Assembly: GCA_947304185.1 (NCBI GenBank) | Contig: CAMZAM010000010.1 | Span: forward strand, 4,905 to 68,904 | Direction: 5' to 3' | DNA: 64,000 nucleotides | Source of the DNA: an uncultured Bacteroidales bacterium | GTDB taxonomy: Bacteria > Bacteroidota > Bacteroidia > Bacteroidales > F082 | Part shown: in pieces, positions 43,388-53,155 of the stretch | Layout of the letters: each line of letters starts with the position of its first letter | Numbering within the stretch: position 1 is the first letter of the stretch | The notes under the pieces: model-generated | What the model saw: only the letters and a program-made list of their open reading frames with translations | Told to the model about the DNA's origin: nothing | Databases searched by the model: none | Position numbers and translations under genes: made by a program

Positions 43388-44850
43388 ATAGTGTCGCTTT
43401 TTTTACGTTTTGTGAAAAATTTCTTCCACGCCTCGGCGTCAAGCAAAGCTGCGTCGGTGGTGGCCTTGAATGTCAGGAAGATGCCAATAGGGAAGAGCAC
43501 TATCGACGAGATCCAGGCGCCGAGGAACACCGACATGTCGCCGTTTACCGCCACTCGTTCGCCAATGATGGTGATGACATAGTATATCACGAAGAACACC
43601 ACGCTGACGACCACCGGCATGCCCAGTCCGCCCTTGCGGATGATAGCTCCGAGTGGCGCTCCTATGAAGAAGAAGAGGATGCACGCCACGCTGAGGGTGA
43701 ACTTCTGATTCAGCACCTGCTCGTGTTTCCGTATGTTGATGCGGTCACGTTTCATGTTGTTGCTGACGACGGTGATGTTTTCCTTTATATTGTTGGTGTT
43801 AGCCAACGCCATGCCGATGATAGCCTGCTGTTCTTTCTCAGGCATACAGCTGATCAACGGCCATTGGAAAAGCTCGATGGTGTCATTCTTAAACTCGGTG
43901 CCGCGTTTTTTCTTAAGCTTTTCATCGGCTTTCACATAGTCATTAACGCCAAGGTTGAGATATTGGAAACGCCCTATCAAACTCATATTGTTCGACTCCA
44001 CCTTATCGTCGTAGGCTTTGTTCAAGGAGTCAATGGCGAAATTCAACTGGTTGATATTCAGCATCGTCTGATGTTTCTTGAAAGCGTCTTCGTTAATGTG
44101 TTTCATGTCGAACTGCGACATGTCGAACGATACCAGCTGACGCTTGAATGACATCTTCTGGAACGGACGGCGGGTGCGGTAGTCCTTGTCGTCGACCATC
44201 TCATTGTAGTTGTAGCCGTCGTATAGCGTGAATATCATGTCGCGCTGGCTCGGCGTCATTGCCATATAGCCAGAGTCGGCCACTGTCACCTTCACGTTGC
44301 CTTTGTTGTCGGTGTGGTCGTAAATCATCACGTCGTACATCCAGTTGCCGTCCTTGCTTTTCTTCGCCACCTTGATGACATATTTGTCGATGCCGCGGTA
44401 AAAAACGCCTTCAGGAATCTCGAGGGTCATCTTTTTATGACTCACATCGTAAAGCGTCGACTGCATCCGCAGATTCGCAACAGGCATCACGTTGTTCGAG
44501 AAGAAAAAGCCCAAGATGCTCATTGTCAATGAGAAATAGAGCAACGGACGCATGACTTTCCATGTCGAGATGCCGCTGGCTTTCATCGCAACGAGCTCGT
44601 AATACTCGCCGAGGTTACCGAAACACATCAACGACGACAGCAGAATCGCCAGAGGCAACGCCATCGGGACGAAGGTGACCGAGGTGTAGAACAAGAGCTT
44701 GAACATCACGGCAAACTCAACACCTTTTCCGATGAACTCATCGACCCAAGTCCATAAAAACTGCATCAAAAGGATGAAGATGGCGACGAAAAACGTAAAG
44801 ATAAACGTGCCAATGTACTGCTTGATGATATAGATGTTCAGTTTCTTCAA
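43384..44850 (-). CDS. LptF/LptG family permease (YjgP/YjgQ)
   Basis: MKKLNIYIIKQYIGTF N-terminus (TTG start at 44850), three TM helices, a large periplasmic insert, then three more TM helices. The longer TTG at 44871 lies inside the -7 box. Confidence 0.75.
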   Translation of the reverse strand: MKKLNIYIIKQYIGTFIFTFFVAIFILLMQFLWTWVDEFIGKGVEFAVMFKLLFYTSVTFVPMALPLAILLSSLMCFGNLGEYYELVAMKASGISTWKVMRPLLYFSLTMSILGFFFSNNVMPVANLRMQSTLYDVSHKKMTLEIPEGVFYRGIDKYVIKVAKKSKDGNWMYDVMIYDHTDNKGNVKVTVADSGYMAMTPSQRDMIFTLYDGYNYNEMVDDKDYRTRRPFQKMSFKRQLVSFDMSQFDMKHINEDAFKKHQTMLNINQLNFAIDSLNKAYDDKVESNNMSLIGRFQYLNLGVNDYVKADEKLKKKRGTEFKNDTIELFQWPLISCMPEKEQQAIIGMALANTNNIKENITVVSNNMKRDRINIRKHEQVLNQKFTLSVACILFFFIGAPLGAIIRKGGLGMPVVVSVVFFVIYYVITIIGERVAVNGDMSVFLGAWISSIVLFPIGIFLTFKATTDAALLDAEAWKKFFTKRKKSDTI

Positions 44851-44868
44851 ATCAAACGAAATAATCTG

Positions 44869-44876
44869 CAAATATA
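44869..44876 (-). promoter_or_regulatory. -7 box TATATTTG for the lptF/G operon
   Basis: Plus strand reads caaatata. It lies 18 nt upstream of TTG 44850. Confidence 0.5.
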
Positions 44877-44909
44877 ACGATTAATTCTCAATTTTTATAT
44901 AAAAATATG

Positions 44910-44917
44910 TAAATTTG
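44910..44917 (+). promoter_or_regulatory. -7 box TAAATTTG for the PAS-like gene
   Basis: Matches TAnnTTTG, 17 nt upstream of ATG 44935. Confidence 0.55.
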
Positions 44918-44934
44918 CAAAAAATTTAAAAAAT

Positions 44935-45264
44935 ATGTCTATGAATCTCGATTTTTTCAAAGAAATAAACGTCGCGGTGACGGTTAGCGACGCTGAAGGA
45001 AATGTTGTTTATCAGAACGATAGCTCGGTAGGAGTGAACGGCGACGTGCGCGGAAAGAACATGATGGGTTGTCACAACGAGCGCTCACAGCAGATTATTC
45101 GTCACATGCTGGAGCACGCTGCAACCAATGTCTATACCATCTCAAAAAAAGGTAAGAAGAAACTTATCTACCAGACACCTTGGTTTGAAAACGGCGAATT
45201 GAAAGGTCTCGTGGAATTCTCGATGATTATTCCTGAAGAGATGCCGCATTATGATCGTGGATAA
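44935..45264 (+). CDS. Stand-alone PAS-like small protein (tentative)
   Basis: 109 aa. The VAVTVSDAEGNVVYQN...GELKGLVEFS pattern resembles a single PAS fold. Confidence 0.45.
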   Translation: MSMNLDFFKEINVAVTVSDAEGNVVYQNDSSVGVNGDVRGKNMMGCHNERSQQIIRHMLEHAATNVYTISKKGKKKLIYQTPWFENGELKGLVEFSMIIPEEMPHYDRG

Positions 45265-47544
45265 TCATTGCACCACGATTTTTCTCATCAACTCGATACC
45301 ATCCTCATCAATGCAACGTAGGGTGTAGGAGCCTCGTTCCACGTCGATGGGCATTTGGTGGTTGAGGTGCGTCTGGCCTAAAAACTTGTCGTTTAAGGTC
45401 CAGAAGATGGTCTTCTGCGGGTTGCGATGGGCTATCTCAAACACCACCTGCTGGCGGTCGCCGCGGATGCCGATAGGGATGGTGATTCTCGCGTCGTCTT
45501 TAGGGTAAACGAACGCCATCACATCGTCGGGATGCGCTGCGCCACAGCCCGGATAGAGCGCCGGCAAAGGTCTGAACAAAGGCGAGTGTTTCTTGTAGAA
45601 CCACTCCATGACAGGCGGCAGCACATAAAACACCTCAAAGTTCTTCTGATCGACATTATAGCAATCCGGCTTGACGCGATACTGGCGCGACTCGTCGAGA
45701 AACACTTTCTTGTGGTAAGGACAGACGCCTGTCTGGTTCTCCACGTCTACCACTCGTATCGTCTTTGTATGCTGACAGTATTCCGATTTCGGGTATCCCG
45801 ACTCGGCGCAGACCTCAATCATGACGCTCTCGGATGTATTGGCAGGGTAGGTGTAGTTGTCGTTGAGCTTACCGATGACGTCGAACAGCAGCGGCGCCGC
45901 GGCTCCCACGCCTGTCAGTCCGGGACGTCCCTCGCCGTCAGCGTTGCCGACCCATACGCCTACGACATAACGGTCGGTGAGTCCCACTGCCCACGCGTCC
46001 TTGAAGCCGTAGCTGGTGCCTGTCTTCCAAGCCACCTTACGCGACGAGGCGAATCCGCCCCATCCCACCTGACTCACCGGACGTGTCAGACCGAGCATCA
46101 CATGGAACGTCTCAGCAATAGCCTCGCCGGAGAACGGTGAGATGTCTTCATCGACAACAACGTCATAGCTCTCGTTGACATGCGAAGCAAGTTTACGTCC
46201 CATCTTGGCGTAGGCGTTGGTGATGTCGTACAGCGACGCCTCGGCGCCGCCCACGATGAGAGCGAGACCGTAATGCTCGGCATCGAAGACGATGCCTCGC
46301 AATCCGAGTTGTTTCAACAACGCATGAAACCTTGGCTGGCCGTATTCCTTCAGGAGATGGACAAACGGTGCGTTGAGTGAGTTTTGAAGAGCCTTGTCGG
46401 CCGTCACCGCGCCCCAGTATTCACCGCTGTAGTTCTTTGGTGTGAAGCCCGAGAGACTCATCGGTACGTCGGGGATCACCATCTGTGGCAGTAGAGTGCC
46501 TTCGTCAAGCATGGCGGCGAAGAGAAACGGCTTCAGGATGCTGCCTGTCGAACGCTGCGCCTGTATCATGTCGACCATGCGTGCATCGTCGGCATCCCAG
46601 TTGTTGCCTACGTAGGCGATGACCTCATCGTTAAGATAGTCAACGACATACACGGCTGCGTTGTCGATGCTGTTGAGTATGTTGACTTCATGATGCCGTT
46701 TCATGATGTCGATGACTGACTGTTGCAGGTCAGCGTTGATAGTTGTGCTGATATGCTCGCCATGATGGTGTTTATCCTTCTCGGCGAGGTAATGGTATGC
46801 CAGCATCGGTATCTCGAACGGTCGCTCGGGGATGTCTTCCATCATGGCGAGCTCGGCGTCTTCTTCAGAGATCTTCGGCATCAGGCGTTGTAGCAGGTCG
46901 TCGCGTTTCTCTTTGAGCCTCTCGCGCGACCGCCCCGGATGTATCAGCGACGGGGCGTTGGGCAGCACCGCCAAGGTGGCTGCCTCGGCCCACGAGAGAT
47001 TGTCGGGCGTGGTGTGAAAATATCGCCATGCGGCTGCGTCGATGCCTACCACGTTGCCTCCAAAAGGTGCGTTGGCGGCATAGATGTCGAGGATTTCTTT
47101 CTTGGAATAACGGAGCTCCAGCCGCATGGCCAGAACGACCTCGAGCAGTTTCTCGCCGTAGGTTCTAGGTGGGTTGTCGCGCGAGAGGCGTACCACCTGC
47201 ATCGAGAGGGTGCTGCCTCCTCGGACAACCTCGCCAGCCTTGATATTATCGATCAACGCCTTAAAAAACGACACCGGGTTGAAACCTGGATGGTAATAAA
47301 ACCAGCGGTCTTCGTATTCCAAGAGACAGTCGACATATTTCTGCGAATAACTATTGGTGGCCGGGAAACGCCACTGTCCGTCGTCAGCGATCTTCGCGCC
47401 AAGCAACTCGCCGTTCCTAGCCGTCAAGACGGTGGAATAAGGCTTTTCAAATTTAGGAACAGGAATGCATAAAAACGCAATGAAAAGGCTCGTAAGAACG
47501 AGTAGGGTAATCTTCAGTTTCCTATGTCTTACGAGCCATTTCAT
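45265..47544 (-). CDS. pbpC: Penicillin-binding protein 1C (transglycosylase + transpeptidase)
   Basis: GT51 motifs (EDRWFYYHPGFNP, GGSTLSMQ), transpeptidase STGSILKP and KTGTS, and a C-terminal PBP1C-type domain. Lies directly downstream of alpha-2-macroglobulin. Confidence 0.88.
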   Translation of the reverse strand: MKWLVRHRKLKITLLVLTSLFIAFLCIPVPKFEKPYSTVLTARNGELLGAKIADDGQWRFPATNSYSQKYVDCLLEYEDRWFYYHPGFNPVSFFKALIDNIKAGEVVRGGSTLSMQVVRLSRDNPPRTYGEKLLEVVLAMRLELRYSKKEILDIYAANAPFGGNVVGIDAAAWRYFHTTPDNLSWAEAATLAVLPNAPSLIHPGRSRERLKEKRDDLLQRLMPKISEEDAELAMMEDIPERPFEIPMLAYHYLAEKDKHHHGEHISTTINADLQQSVIDIMKRHHEVNILNSIDNAAVYVVDYLNDEVIAYVGNNWDADDARMVDMIQAQRSTGSILKPFLFAAMLDEGTLLPQMVIPDVPMSLSGFTPKNYSGEYWGAVTADKALQNSLNAPFVHLLKEYGQPRFHALLKQLGLRGIVFDAEHYGLALIVGGAEASLYDITNAYAKMGRKLASHVNESYDVVVDEDISPFSGEAIAETFHVMLGLTRPVSQVGWGGFASSRKVAWKTGTSYGFKDAWAVGLTDRYVVGVWVGNADGEGRPGLTGVGAAAPLLFDVIGKLNDNYTYPANTSESVMIEVCAESGYPKSEYCQHTKTIRVVDVENQTGVCPYHKKVFLDESRQYRVKPDCYNVDQKNFEVFYVLPPVMEWFYKKHSPLFRPLPALYPGCGAAHPDDVMAFVYPKDDARITIPIGIRGDRQQVVFEIAHRNPQKTIFWTLNDKFLGQTHLNHQMPIDVERGSYTLRCIDEDGIELMRKIVVQ

Positions 47545-47545
47545 G

Positions 47546-50500
47546 TTACTTCACAATGCACTTTATTGCAGGCATCTGGTAGTAAATCTTGTCGTTGTAC
47601 ATGTCTTCGCAGCGCACTGCCGGAATCATGTAGTTGCCTTCGTAGGTGGCGTTGGCCTTCAACACGAAGGTCTTCTTCGACTTCGGCGTGAGGTCGAAGT
47701 AGATGTAGGCGCGGTCATCACGGTAGTCGATGTGTTTGGCACCGCTGTTGGCGTCATCACCGCTCAGACGGTCGTTGACAAGCTCCCAGCCTGATGGCAG
47801 GTAGTACGACAACGCTAACTCGGTTACTCTGTATTCACTCGGGTTCTGCACCGTCATCTCAATACGAATGTCGGTGCCAATACGTAAGTTATTGAAATTA
47901 ACCGGGTTGCCGTTCTTGTCTGTGTAGTTGACAGTCATATTGATGAAGTAACCGCTCTCCTCGGTGTTGTATTCAGCCACGCTGGTCTTGGTGAACACGT
48001 TGACGACAAGCTTCTGGCTGCCGTTGTTCTTGATTTCTATGGTGTTGTCTCCCAATTTTGGCACGAAGCTGAATCCTGCCGAACTCATGTTAGTGTTCAG
48101 CGTCTGTTCTTTGTCGTTGGCTTTCACCACGGCTGAGAGGTTCTCACTTGAAACGCCTTGTTTTTCAGCATATTTGCCTAACACGAAGAGCGCGAATGCT
48201 GTCGACTGCGTGTCGAGCCAGCAACCTGTATTTAGGATGCCGCATATTGTATTGATGTTGTCTTTCACAGTCTGTTCGTCGACGTCGCATAGCATCTGAG
48301 CGTATGTCAGGAAGGCGAGGTCACGGATGGTAGATCCGAACGAGCTGTAGTAGTCCGACATCCTTTCGTTTTCGCCCACGACAGGCATCAGGTTCTGTGC
48401 TATCTTAGTCTTTCCAGTCTGTGCAAATGCAGCAGCGGCAAGGACTTTCGTCAACGAATAGTTCATCTCGATATCCTTGAAACGGTTCATCGCACCCATC
48501 TCGGGGGCGCCGGCAAGTGCCAAGACGAACAGACGGTAGGCCTGGATGGTCTCACCTGGCTTGAAGTCGGGGTTGTTGCGCCATTGTTTTGCTTTTCCGG
48601 CCTGGTATTTTTTAAGTCCATCAACGAAATATTGTGGCACGTTGTAGCCTTGTTTCTGGGCTTCTACGAGGAAATGCAGAGCGTAGATCTCTGTCCACGG
48701 GTCGCTGTAGTTACCACCCACCCAGTTGGTCATCGAGAAGTCGGATTTTTGATATGATCTCAGGCTTGTGATGGCGCTCTCGATGTTATATTTCACATTG
48801 GCCTTGCCATCTTCATTCTGTTGGATGAAATAGTTAAGATAAAGCTGTGGGAAGGCCTTCGATGTTACCTGTTCGAGGCATCCGTGAGGATACGACGTGA
48901 GGTAGTCGAGGCGGCTGAACAGGTCTACCGGCAGCAGTGACGACACCGTGATCTGACCTTGCTGCGTACCGGCGATGCCGTCGAGAGTGAACGGTATCTC
49001 CAGTGTCTGTCCGCCTTCCACTTCTTTCGTGATTGTGTTACGACGTTCGGCGTAAGGCATCCTTATAGGCATGGCTGTCGACGACTCAGCGGTGTAGCCT
49101 GCGCCTGTCACCGAAGCCTTAAGCACGGCATCGCCGGTCGCTTCGGGCACGCGAGCCTTGACCACTATCATGCCCTCGCCGTTTTTATCAATATTTACTG
49201 ATGAAGGTAAGTCTTCGATGGCGGTGAGGTTCTTGTTGTTGAACGTCACGTCAAGGTTCTTGCCTTTGAGTGATGGCGCAAGCACCTGAATCTTAAGCGT
49301 CAGTTCGTCATCTGGAGCCACCACGCGTGGTGCCGAGGCATAGAGCGTGATAGGGTCGATGACGGTCATCTTCTTCTCGGCGCTGCCGAAGGCTTTGCCG
49401 TTGCCGTGTGCCACCACCATGAAACGCAATGCACCGGAGCATTCCGGCACCTCGAACTCATGGGTGTTGGTGTCGCCGGCCTTCAGCTCGAATGGGCCAA
49501 TGGTGATGGCATACGCCTTGAAGCGCTTGTCTAACGTTATCTCCTGACTTACCATGCCGTCACCGCCGATGGCGTAGATTGAGCCGAACTCACCGCTGAA
49601 GGCGTCGATGACCGAGGCGTAGTTGTCCCAGGTGCGCACCATCAGCGACTGCTTGCTGTTGAAGTAACCGTAAGGGTTTGGCGTGCTGAAGTTCGTCAGC
49701 CCGAGGATGCCCTCGTCGACCACGGCGAGAGTGTATGTCATGGCTTGTTTGTTGGCCTCGTTGACCTTCACCTCGATGGTCTTCTTGGTGTTGGAGGTCT
49801 CAGGTGCTGTGATCGTCGGCTGTAGCTTCAGATTCTGATCTTCCACCTTGACAGGGATGACGCCATACAGACGTATTGGCATGCCGTTGCCGGCATCGTG
49901 AGGCTGTATCAATGATACGTAGACGTAGACATTAGGAATCATGTCGGCAGTGGCGGTGAATTCAACGTTGCCTTCCTCACCGAGGTTGTCGAGTGCAAAT
50001 GACTGTAACACCTTGTCGTTAGCTTCCACCGTGACGAGAGCTTTAGCCTTGTTGTTGGCGGGGAATGTCACCACGACTTTGTCGCCCACCTTATAACTGT
50101 CGGCGGAGGCTTTCATCGAGAGATGTGCCGGTGCGCCTGACTCTGACGACGAGTGTCCGTAGCCCCAGTCGAAGCTGATGACCTTGGCAAATGTGTGTCC
50201 GCCTTGCTTGTCGTTGACCACGAGCAGATAGCATCCCCATTCAGAATCAGGGATATTGAAGTTCATGGAGGCATTGCCTGTGCATGTCAGGGTACCGCTC
50301 TTCATCGGGCGTTTGTAAGTGCCCGAAGCATAACGCTGCAGGCTGTATTCGTCTTCGCTCGACCACCACCAGTAAGAATCTAGTTTATAAAGTGCGTAGT
50401 CGAGGGAGACTGTAGCGTTGCAGATCTTGCCGTTGTCGTTCACCATCACCACGTTGAAGTTCCAGTCTTTATTGGTATCGTAGTAGCTTCCGTATTTCGA

Positions 50501-53032
50501 TGTCGTCTCAGGCAGCTCCACGCCGACGTATCTGGTGAATGGCGACAGCATGGCCTTGAACGACGCGATGCTGAAGTCGCCACCTTGTTCGAAGACCTTG
50601 GTGGTGAACACAGCATTCATCATCTGCTGTGAGCTGAGGTTTTTCAGAGGGTCGAAGCTGACGTGGGCAGTTCCTTCGTTGCCGAGCGAGCCGCTGAACA
50701 GCGCGAGCTCGGTGGCCTCGAAATGCTCGGCGTCGTTGTCGAAACAGTAGTTTTCAAAGCCTTTGAACTTAGTCTGTCCGTTGCGTACCTTTACGTCGAC
50801 CTCGGCTTTTAAGCCATTGGCTTTCAATCCGTTAAGCCATTTTGATGATAAAACGACTTTTTCAGCCCTAGTAAGATAGATGACATCAGGCAGCTCGAAT
50901 TTTATTTCCAGGCGGTTAGGCTTCACGGTCTCCACGCGGAGGTTCTTCGTGATTGTCGTCGTTCCCACCTTGAAACGAGCCGTCCAGATACCCGTCTCAT
51001 CGCTCGGGTTGGTTGGCACGTTATAACAGTAGATGCCGTTCATAGGCTTGGTGTTGACCTGTTTGGCGTAGAGACGTCCTGAAGCATCGGTGATTTCAAG
51101 CACGACAGGGTAGTTCTCAGGCAGTTGTCCGTCGGCGTCGGCGAGCATGAGGTTGATCTGTATCTCGTCGCCCGGACGCCATACTCCGCGGTTGGAGTAA
51201 GCAAAGCCTACGATGCCTTTCTCTACTGGTTCGCCATCAACATTGAAACGGCTGTACGACAAGGCATTGCCGTCGTTGAGTTTTATCACCGACTTGCTAC
51301 CTTTGCGGTCAGAGGCGATGATGTAGGCAGGCTTGTTGACGCACTGCATCTGCACATGACCGTCCTTGTTGGTAACGCCTTTAGCAATCATCTGCTTCTG
51401 GTAGTTATAAATCTCCACCTCAGCACCCAATGCCGGCTTGGCGTCGGAGATCTGATAAACGAACACGTCGATGAAGTCGTTGCGACCCATCTTGGCAGTC
51501 ACAGCGAGGTCGCTGACCACTATGTTTTTCAGCTGTTCCACATAGTTATAATATGTATAGCCGTTAGGATCGCCCCATTTGCCGTCGTAGCGGTATTCCT
51601 TATAGTCGTACACCTCGCCATCCCAATAGTCGGCCTCACGCTGGGCGTTTTCTGTCACTTCGCGTTTCATCTCGTCGGTGGCTAACATATAATCGGCCGG
51701 ACCGAAGTTGAGACTCAGCTGGTACATCGCACCCGGCTCCACGTCGACGTAGTCGGAGAGCACGATAGGGTAGGTCTTCCACTGTGTGAGGTTAGGGTTG
51801 TCGAGTTGCAGACGCACCTTCTTCTCCAACCTTCCGACCTTACGGATGCCATAAGTGTTGCTCATGTCGTTGTCCTGAATGAAGGATAAGATGTTGTCGT
51901 CGTATATACGTATAATCCTGAGTGTCACTGAGTTAAGACAAACGGCATCAAAATACACTGTCGTCTCCTTGATGTCGGGGACGATCACGCCGTTGTTGGT
52001 CCAGCGCACTTTCGGCTCATATTCGTTCAACGAGAAGGTGAACTCTGCGTCGTCCTGCATGATGTCGTTGGCAGCGCTGCGGATGCCACTCACATACATA
52101 TTGATATTTTCTAGCTGATAGCTGTAGAGGCTCGACTTATCGAAATAAAACGTGATATAATTATCCTGAATGCTATATTTTGCTGCCAGTTTCTGCTGAC
52201 TGAATGTGATAAGTCCGTTGAGGTTCTGATCCTGTTTCAGCGGCTGCGAGAAGAACAAGATGCCTTCTCCTGATGATTTTTCGACATCGAAATCAACAGG
52301 GATGAACTTATCCTTGGCGTAGATGGTCAAAGTCTTATCTATCTTAGTATCGGAACCGATATTTTTGCCGTCTAAAGTTATGTTGATATTATAATCAGCA
52401 TCTCTACGAGGAATCGAACGCAAGGCGAACATATAACTGTTATCGTTGATAAAGTTCGTCTCCACCTGATATTGCTCAGTAATCGACTCATCTAATATTT
52501 TTTCTGCATCTTCAAAACTCACTGGCGCTGCAAAGTTGACATACATCAGGTAGTCCATAGCATCGGTTGATTGACACGTGGGATACACATCGGTGAGGTT
52601 GAATGTCTGACGGCGCACGCCGAAGCTGAACTCCAACGTTTCTGTCGCTGCGACATCCAGCATCTCCGCCACTTTGAAACGACAGACATACTGTTTTGTG
52701 TTGTCGATTTTGTCGTATCTGAAAGCCACTGTGGTCTCGTCGAGCCACACCGCCTTACCTTTCAGTTCCGGTGTGAAGCTGAAAAGCTTGGCTGGCAATG
52801 TCTCGCCTTGTTTAACTTTCAGCGTGTTCGGGTATTTGAATCGCACCACTATAGGCTCGCCTTCGGTGATGACGCCCGACGTGTAGCTGTCTAAGAGAGG
52901 TAACAAAGTCTCGCTGACGGGACGAATCTTCTCGATGATTCTGCTGTTCGACTGTTTGTTTTTGTCGCATCCCGACAAGAATGCCAGCAACATTATGCCG
53001 ACAATCAGGCTTAAATAATTGATTTTTTTCAT
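47546..53032 (-). CDS. Bacterial alpha-2-macroglobulin family lipoprotein (YfhM-like)
   Basis: 1828 aa from ATG 53032 with lipobox AFLSGC. Repeated MG-type domains and an intact thioester motif (YPHGCLEQ). Confidence 0.88.
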   Translation of the reverse strand: MKKINYLSLIVGIMLLAFLSGCDKNKQSNSRIIEKIRPVSETLLPLLDSYTSGVITEGEPIVVRFKYPNTLKVKQGETLPAKLFSFTPELKGKAVWLDETTVAFRYDKIDNTKQYVCRFKVAEMLDVAATETLEFSFGVRRQTFNLTDVYPTCQSTDAMDYLMYVNFAAPVSFEDAEKILDESITEQYQVETNFINDNSYMFALRSIPRRDADYNINITLDGKNIGSDTKIDKTLTIYAKDKFIPVDFDVEKSSGEGILFFSQPLKQDQNLNGLITFSQQKLAAKYSIQDNYITFYFDKSSLYSYQLENINMYVSGIRSAANDIMQDDAEFTFSLNEYEPKVRWTNNGVIVPDIKETTVYFDAVCLNSVTLRIIRIYDDNILSFIQDNDMSNTYGIRKVGRLEKKVRLQLDNPNLTQWKTYPIVLSDYVDVEPGAMYQLSLNFGPADYMLATDEMKREVTENAQREADYWDGEVYDYKEYRYDGKWGDPNGYTYYNYVEQLKNIVVSDLAVTAKMGRNDFIDVFVYQISDAKPALGAEVEIYNYQKQMIAKGVTNKDGHVQMQCVNKPAYIIASDRKGSKSVIKLNDGNALSYSRFNVDGEPVEKGIVGFAYSNRGVWRPGDEIQINLMLADADGQLPENYPVVLEITDASGRLYAKQVNTKPMNGIYCYNVPTNPSDETGIWTARFKVGTTTITKNLRVETVKPNRLEIKFELPDVIYLTRAEKVVLSSKWLNGLKANGLKAEVDVKVRNGQTKFKGFENYCFDNDAEHFEATELALFSGSLGNEGTAHVSFDPLKNLSSQQMMNAVFTTKVFEQGGDFSIASFKAMLSPFTRYVGVELPETTSKYGSYYDTNKDWNFNVVMVNDNGKICNATVSLDYALYKLDSYWWWSSEDEYSLQRYASGTYKRPMKSGTLTCTGNASMNFNIPDSEWGCYLLVVNDKQGGHTFAKVISFDWGYGHSSSESGAPAHLSMKASADSYKVGDKVVVTFPANNKAKALVTVEANDKVLQSFALDNLGEEGNVEFTATADMIPNVYVYVSLIQPHDAGNGMPIRLYGVIPVKVEDQNLKLQPTITAPETSNTKKTIEVKVNEANKQAMTYTLAVVDEGILGLTNFSTPNPYGYFNSKQSLMVRTWDNYASVIDAFSGEFGSIYAIGGDGMVSQEITLDKRFKAYAITIGPFELKAGDTNTHEFEVPECSGALRFMVVAHGNGKAFGSAEKKMTVIDPITLYASAPRVVAPDDELTLKIQVLAPSLKGKNLDVTFNNKNLTAIEDLPSSVNIDKNGEGMIVVKARVPEATGDAVLKASVTGAGYTAESSTAMPIRMPYAERRNTITKEVEGGQTLEIPFTLDGIAGTQQGQITVSSLLPVDLFSRLDYLTSYPHGCLEQVTSKAFPQLYLNYFIQQNEDGKANVKYNIESAITSLRSYQKSDFSMTNWVGGNYSDPWTEIYALHFLVEAQKQGYNVPQYFVDGLKKYQAGKAKQWRNNPDFKPGETIQAYRLFVLALAGAPEMGAMNRFKDIEMNYSLTKVLAAAAFAQTGKTKIAQNLMPVVGENERMSDYYSSFGSTIRDLAFLTYAQMLCDVDEQTVKDNINTICGILNTGCWLDTQSTAFALFVLGKYAEKQGVSSENLSAVVKANDKEQTLNTNMSSAGFSFVPKLGDNTIEIKNNGSQKLVVNVFTKTSVAEYNTEESGYFINMTVNYTDKNGNPVNFNNLRIGTDIRIEMTVQNPSEYRVTELALSYYLPSGWELVNDRLSGDDANSGAKHIDYRDDRAYIYFDLTPKSKKTFVLKANATYEGNYMIPAVRCEDMYNDKIYYQMPAIKCIVK

Positions 53033-53096
53033 GTTATTATGTTTGTTATATAAACGCCAGTTGAGACGCCATATTATGAAATCGATAAAAATATTG

Positions 53097-53153
53097 GCCA
53101 TTAGCCGTTAGCATGTCCGCTAATAGCCAACGGCCAATAGCCAAAAGCCAATG
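53097..53153. repeat. 7-nt periodic array gccatta|gccgtta|gcatgtc|(c)|gctaata|gccaacg|gccaata|gccaaaa|gccaatg
   Basis: Read directly, immediately after the ackA stop (53156-53158). It also folds into an imperfect hairpin. Confidence 0.65.
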
Positions 53154-53155
53154 CT

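Noticed and set aside
45427-46140. 237-aa + strand ORF inside pbpC
   Set aside because: It is antisense to a well-supported PBP1C gene, has low-complexity R/V/H/L composition, and shows no independent signals.
53033-53101. N-terminal 23-aa extension of the alpha-2-macroglobulin ORF (MANIFIDFIIW...)
   Set aside because: The extension runs through the intergenic repeat region. ATG 53032 gives a canonical lipoprotein signal peptide (MKKINYLSLIVGIMLLAFLSGC).
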